From: a virus
Reading direction: 5' to 3' (one strand)
DNA length: 64,000 nucleotides
IMG/VR virus record: IMGVR_UViG_3300046777_002520
Location: 127,967-191,966 of that record
Shown here one piece after another: positions 60,807-64,000 of this stretch; the first letter of the stretch is position 1; every line of letters begins with the position of its first letter. A model generated the notes under the pieces. That model did no database searches. It was not told the DNA's origin and saw only the letters and a program-made list of their open reading frames with translations. Made by a program: the position numbers and the translations under genes.

Positions 60807-61127
60807 ATGAGTTACGACACTTTCAAAGTCTACGAATCTCGCCGCGTTGCCGTGATCACCGAGAAGAAGCTGCTTAGCCAGCTGCTCGAAACCTGTACGG
60901 CAAACCTGCTCTACATAAACCTGATGAGCGTCTCTGACGTTCAGGTTTTGCGTGAAGAGCTGGCGCTGCTCTGGAAGCGTGAATGCGCCAAGGAGTTCTT
61001 CAGCCAGAACTTCTCGGTTGACGGCGCGCTTCTTGAGCTGGAGGGTGGAGCTACCGTATTCCTGTGCAACCGACATGATGTTGAACAGGAAGACGATTTG
61101 GTCGATACTGAGGCTGCTGCTAAGTAG
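60807..61127 (+). CDS. hypothetical protein
   Basis: RBS AAGGA; 106 aa. Confidence 0.65.
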   Translation: MSYDTFKVYESRRVAVITEKKLLSQLLETCTANLLYINLMSVSDVQVLREELALLWKRECAKEFFSQNFSVDGALLELEGGATVFLCNRHDVEQEDDLVDTEAAAK

Positions 61128-61144
61128 TCTCTAGAGGTTTAGAC

Positions 61145-61543
61145 ATGTCTCAGCTCATGGCTTTCGCTTTGTGTGTACTTGGTTCCAAAGCCATTCTCGA
61201 TGTTTGGTTTGAAGGATCGATATTCGCATACGCGAGAGCGTGGGCTGAGCTGTTTAGAGACGAAGGCAAATGGTGGATAACTAGGAAGTTTGGGGAACTT
61301 CTGTCTTGTCGGTTCTGTTTTTCATACCACTCATCCCTGTGGCTATCGCTGCTGTTTATCCCTATATTACCGTGGTGGTCGCTCATACCATGGTGGTTGG
61401 CAGTCAGAACCACAACGGGGTTTTTAGATACCCTGGAAAGTCTTACCGACAAGACAGAGGAAGTTGAACATGTCAGAGATGCTGCCGGTCCAGAAGACCC
61501 TGAGTCACTTCGAGCAGGCGACGAAGGAGGGTTTTTCGGCTGA
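61145..61543 (+). CDS. membrane protein, DUF1360-like
   Basis: RBS GAGGT; hydrophobic helices flanking FGELLSCRFCFSYHSSLW (CxxC...W). Confidence 0.6.
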   Translation: MSQLMAFALCVLGSKAILDVWFEGSIFAYARAWAELFRDEGKWWITRKFGELLSCRFCFSYHSSLWLSLLFIPILPWWSLIPWWLAVRTTTGFLDTLESLTDKTEEVEHVRDAAGPEDPESLRAGDEGGFFG

Positions 61544-61835
61544 CCCGTATCTGGACACGGTAGCTATTGTCTTCAACTGGAAGGTCGGCAACACCGACCT
61601 TCCTTTCGGTTTGCTGCTTGGTCGAGACGGTTCTGTTGACAATCCCACCAGCCTGGTCGGGATCAGCGGACAGACGTCAAAGATGCTGATGCACCAGGCA
61701 GCTCAGATCAACCAGATGTTTGAAGCCGCTGACTTGGCCGCTGCAGAGCTGGCCCAGCGCCTCAACGCTTTAAAGGAACAGATAGATGAACTTACAGGTA
61801 AACAGGTTTCCAGAGAAGATAAAACTCAAGTCTAA
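61470..61835 (+). CDS. hypothetical protein with C-terminal coiled coil
   Basis: ATG 61470 after GAGG; 121 aa. Confidence 0.6.
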   Translation: MSEMLPVQKTLSHFEQATKEGFSADPYLDTVAIVFNWKVGNTDLPFGLLLGRDGSVDNPTSLVGISGQTSKMLMHQAAQINQMFEAADLAAAELAQRLNALKEQIDELTGKQVSREDKTQV

Positions 61836-63489
61836 CCTTGCCCAATCGCAGGCACTACTGGCAAGGTCCGTCGTAGACTCGGACATGGTCCTGACGCTGA
61901 CGTCCCGTGAAACAGTCCTCTCTCGGGCGTCACGCAGGGACAAATACCCGACATGCCTGTTAGTCTTTGAGAGTGCTCCCAAGCGCCTTGTGTTGTTTTC
62001 CGAGACGGACAACGAGGTGGTGAAGAAGATTGACCTGCCTGGCAACATCATGTCGGCAGCTTTCCACGAGGAGTTTCCCTCCAACGGGCAGATCGTTGTC
62101 CAGTATGTCGAGGAGGACGAGCCGACGCACGTGAGCATCTGCGTCATCAAGTACGACAGAGAAAAGAAGTCAGCGCGAAGATACGCGAACAACCCCATCT
62201 CAAGAGACAAGGTGGGTTGCGGCGTCGATAAGAATCAAAGCACGGTTAACTTGAGTTCTGTCGAAGCTGTTTGCATGTCTGAACTGGTGAGCGGCTCTGA
62301 TGAACTTAGTGTCAAAGACTGGACAACGTTCAAAAAGCCGCACATCATTCTGACTCGACAGATAACGTTCTTCACGCAGTACATGCTGAGTACTACGGCT
62401 GGCAAAAACTCTGAGGGTACGACTGGACGTGATTCGTGTTATCAGCAAAACATTCAGTTCTTTGATTACGTCACGGCGCTTAAGTCTACTCAAGTGCTGG
62501 CTTTCCGTGAGATCGCTCTGCCTACAAGGTACAGGCGTGGCGGCTGCATCATCAGCTCTTCTGACGTGGTTGGAGTTAACGCCAAGCTAGTCATCGGATC
62601 AGCACGTCGAGTGATAGACACGACTGTCAACGAACGCTCGATAGCCATGCTTGTGGCTGACTACAACGACTCCAAGAAGTATGGGTTCTTTCCGTTCAGG
62701 AAGGGTACTGTCAGGTACTCGGACTCAAGTATCTCCAAAAGCATGATGCTGTTCGAGCTCGATATTGAAACGACGCATCTGGCGTCTACAGACACAAAGC
62801 TTTTTGCGGCCTCGCAACGAACTGTGACTGTATACGACAGATTCCAGCATGATTACACAACGGCTCTGACTGACAACGTTGGCTGTGTTCCTGAAGAGCA
62901 AAGAAAGCTGAGTATTCCGTACTTCGACAAGATGCTGCATATTGACCCAGATTTCCACAATCTGTCCAGTCTGCGCAGCACGTATGAGTACGCGCAGAGG
63001 GTTTACTGCGGCAACCTGGACATTCTAAACACGGTTAAGCTGAGCAGCCCGTCGTGCCTTTACCAGTTCCCTGAGAACGAAACTATAACTCACTTAAAGA
63101 CGGCTGGTTATGGCGATATCGAGCTTTTGCTTGTAGTCACCTCTTCAGAAAGCACGTCAAACAGGCACAACAGCGGAATCGCTCCTGACAAGACGTACGT
63201 GTTCCTGAACGGCGTCGAGGTTTTCAGGAAGACGTTCAACGCTCCCATCGAGAAAGCGAAGCTGTACCCAGTACACGCGGCTTCTGACGTGGTAGATCCA
63301 GATCAGTGTTTCCGAAACAACAGGCTTGTAGCTTTCTGCCTGGAGTTACACCTTGTAGGAAACGTCTGTCTGAGTTTTGATGTGTATCCCGACAATAGCT
63401 CGGTAGTTGTCAGGGATCTTGACCGAGAACAGATTCAGACAAGGAATGTCAGTGCGGTTCCTCAGATGTCCAGGTTCATTGACTTCTAG
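61786..63489 (+). CDS. large beta-rich hypothetical protein
   Basis: 567-aa ORF; no motif recognised. Confidence 0.7.
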   Translation: MNLQVNRFPEKIKLKSNLAQSQALLARSVVDSDMVLTLTSRETVLSRASRRDKYPTCLLVFESAPKRLVLFSETDNEVVKKIDLPGNIMSAAFHEEFPSNGQIVVQYVEEDEPTHVSICVIKYDREKKSARRYANNPISRDKVGCGVDKNQSTVNLSSVEAVCMSELVSGSDELSVKDWTTFKKPHIILTRQITFFTQYMLSTTAGKNSEGTTGRDSCYQQNIQFFDYVTALKSTQVLAFREIALPTRYRRGGCIISSSDVVGVNAKLVIGSARRVIDTTVNERSIAMLVADYNDSKKYGFFPFRKGTVRYSDSSISKSMMLFELDIETTHLASTDTKLFAASQRTVTVYDRFQHDYTTALTDNVGCVPEEQRKLSIPYFDKMLHIDPDFHNLSSLRSTYEYAQRVYCGNLDILNTVKLSSPSCLYQFPENETITHLKTAGYGDIELLLVVTSSESTSNRHNSGIAPDKTYVFLNGVEVFRKTFNAPIEKAKLYPVHAASDVVDPDQCFRNNRLVAFCLELHLVGNVCLSFDVYPDNSSVVVRDLDREQIQTRNVSAVPQMSRFIDF

Positions 63490-63500
63490 AAAGGAGTTCT

Positions 63501-63854
63501 ATGTTTACTCTACGAAAGACCAAGACGGTAACGACACCGGTTGAAGCTCCTGTGGACACAACTCTGCAGAGGCTGGACAACTTGGAAAAACGGCTGCGTA
63601 GCCTTGAAGATCACTACACGGAGCTGGAGCACGCCATCTCCGAGAAGGAGCAGGCCTTCAAGGATAGCCTTGAAGAGTACAAAGCCACGGTCAACACGAC
63701 CGTGGCAGACTTCACTTCCAGAGTCCTGGAGCTGCAGCAAGAGCTGCGAAAGACTGGACACTACTCGGTCAAGCACGATGAGCTGAACAAGCTTGTCGGA
63801 AAATTTGCCGAGGCATTTGAGAATATCAAGAAGGACATGGAACTGCCCTTCTGA
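63501..63854 (+). CDS. coiled-coil hypothetical protein
   Basis: RBS AAAGGAG; heptad-like LQRLDNLEKRLRSLEDHYTELEHAI. Confidence 0.7.
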   Translation: MFTLRKTKTVTTPVEAPVDTTLQRLDNLEKRLRSLEDHYTELEHAISEKEQAFKDSLEEYKATVNTTVADFTSRVLELQQELRKTGHYSVKHDELNKLVGKFAEAFENIKKDMELPF

Positions 63855-63892
63855 TATGTGGTCCTGCGGTACCGGCATATCGCAGGATCTAC

Positions 63893-63964
63893 GCCACTGT
63901 AGCTCAACGGTAGAGCTCTGGTTTTGTAAACCAGGGGTTGAGGGTTCGAGTCCCTCCGGTGGCT
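63893..63964 (+). tRNA. trnT: tRNA-Thr(TGT), CCA not encoded
   Basis: Acceptor GCCACTG/CGGTGGC, D arm GCTC-AACGGTA-GAGC, anticodon arm CTGGT-TTTGTAA-ACCAG, T arm GAGGG-TTCGAGT-CCCTC. Confidence 0.95.
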
Positions 63965-64000
63965 TGCTTCCTTAACTGGAAGTAGTTGGTTGTTGGGCGG

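Noticed and set aside
63893-63964. tRNA as prophage attachment site or prophage boundary
   Set aside because: No integrase and no duplicated tRNA 3' end in the window; upstream genes are phage-like; downstream context is not visible.
1-64000. Stop-codon reassignment as in some large phages
   Set aside because: TAA, TGA (1815, 5154) and TAG (16612, 39119, 43776) all end tightly coupled full-length genes; no fragmentation under code 11.

Overview
The window is a segment of a large tailed dsDNA phage genome with myovirus (contractile-tail) organisation. No cellular housekeeping genes, integrase or portal gene were recognised, and the standard genetic code fits: TAA, TAG and TGA all end clear genes. 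Order on the + strand: head module (prohead protease-like protein, scaffold-like proteins, major capsid protein; 1-5972); three small self-contained cassettes (6026-7170); neck, sheath, tube, hub/spike, chaperones and tape measure (7238-19829); a baseplate module interrupted by a sigma70-family gene, a subtilisin (S8) gene and an HExxH protein (19840-32820); Cys-rich tail-tip/fibre genes, one with collagen and 46-aa repeats (32834-44236); a two-domain glycosyltransferase; a second cassette locus holding a ~370-nt structured non-coding unit (47055-47777); a Ycf46-like AAA ATPase/DUF1257/DUF2997 module with a hairpin-dense insert; a GNAT gene; a Zn-finger primase-like gene; small hypotheticals; and tRNA-Thr(TGT). 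Two genes lie on the minus strand: a K-x-A-rich protein and the terminase large subunit. Strongest unexplained signals: (i) five copies of a promoter-like motif T(T/A)AAT(T/C)-N16-CATA(A/T/C)T paired with a T-run+AGCT boundary, defining swappable-looking cassettes with protein or RNA payloads at two loci about 40 kb apart; (ii) several highly structured non-coding RNA candidates; (iii) a pervasive K-x-A(S) motif in head proteins; (iv) Ser-rich tracts in virion proteins alongside a phage glycosyltransferase. All family assignments come from motif recognition by eye, not database searches.
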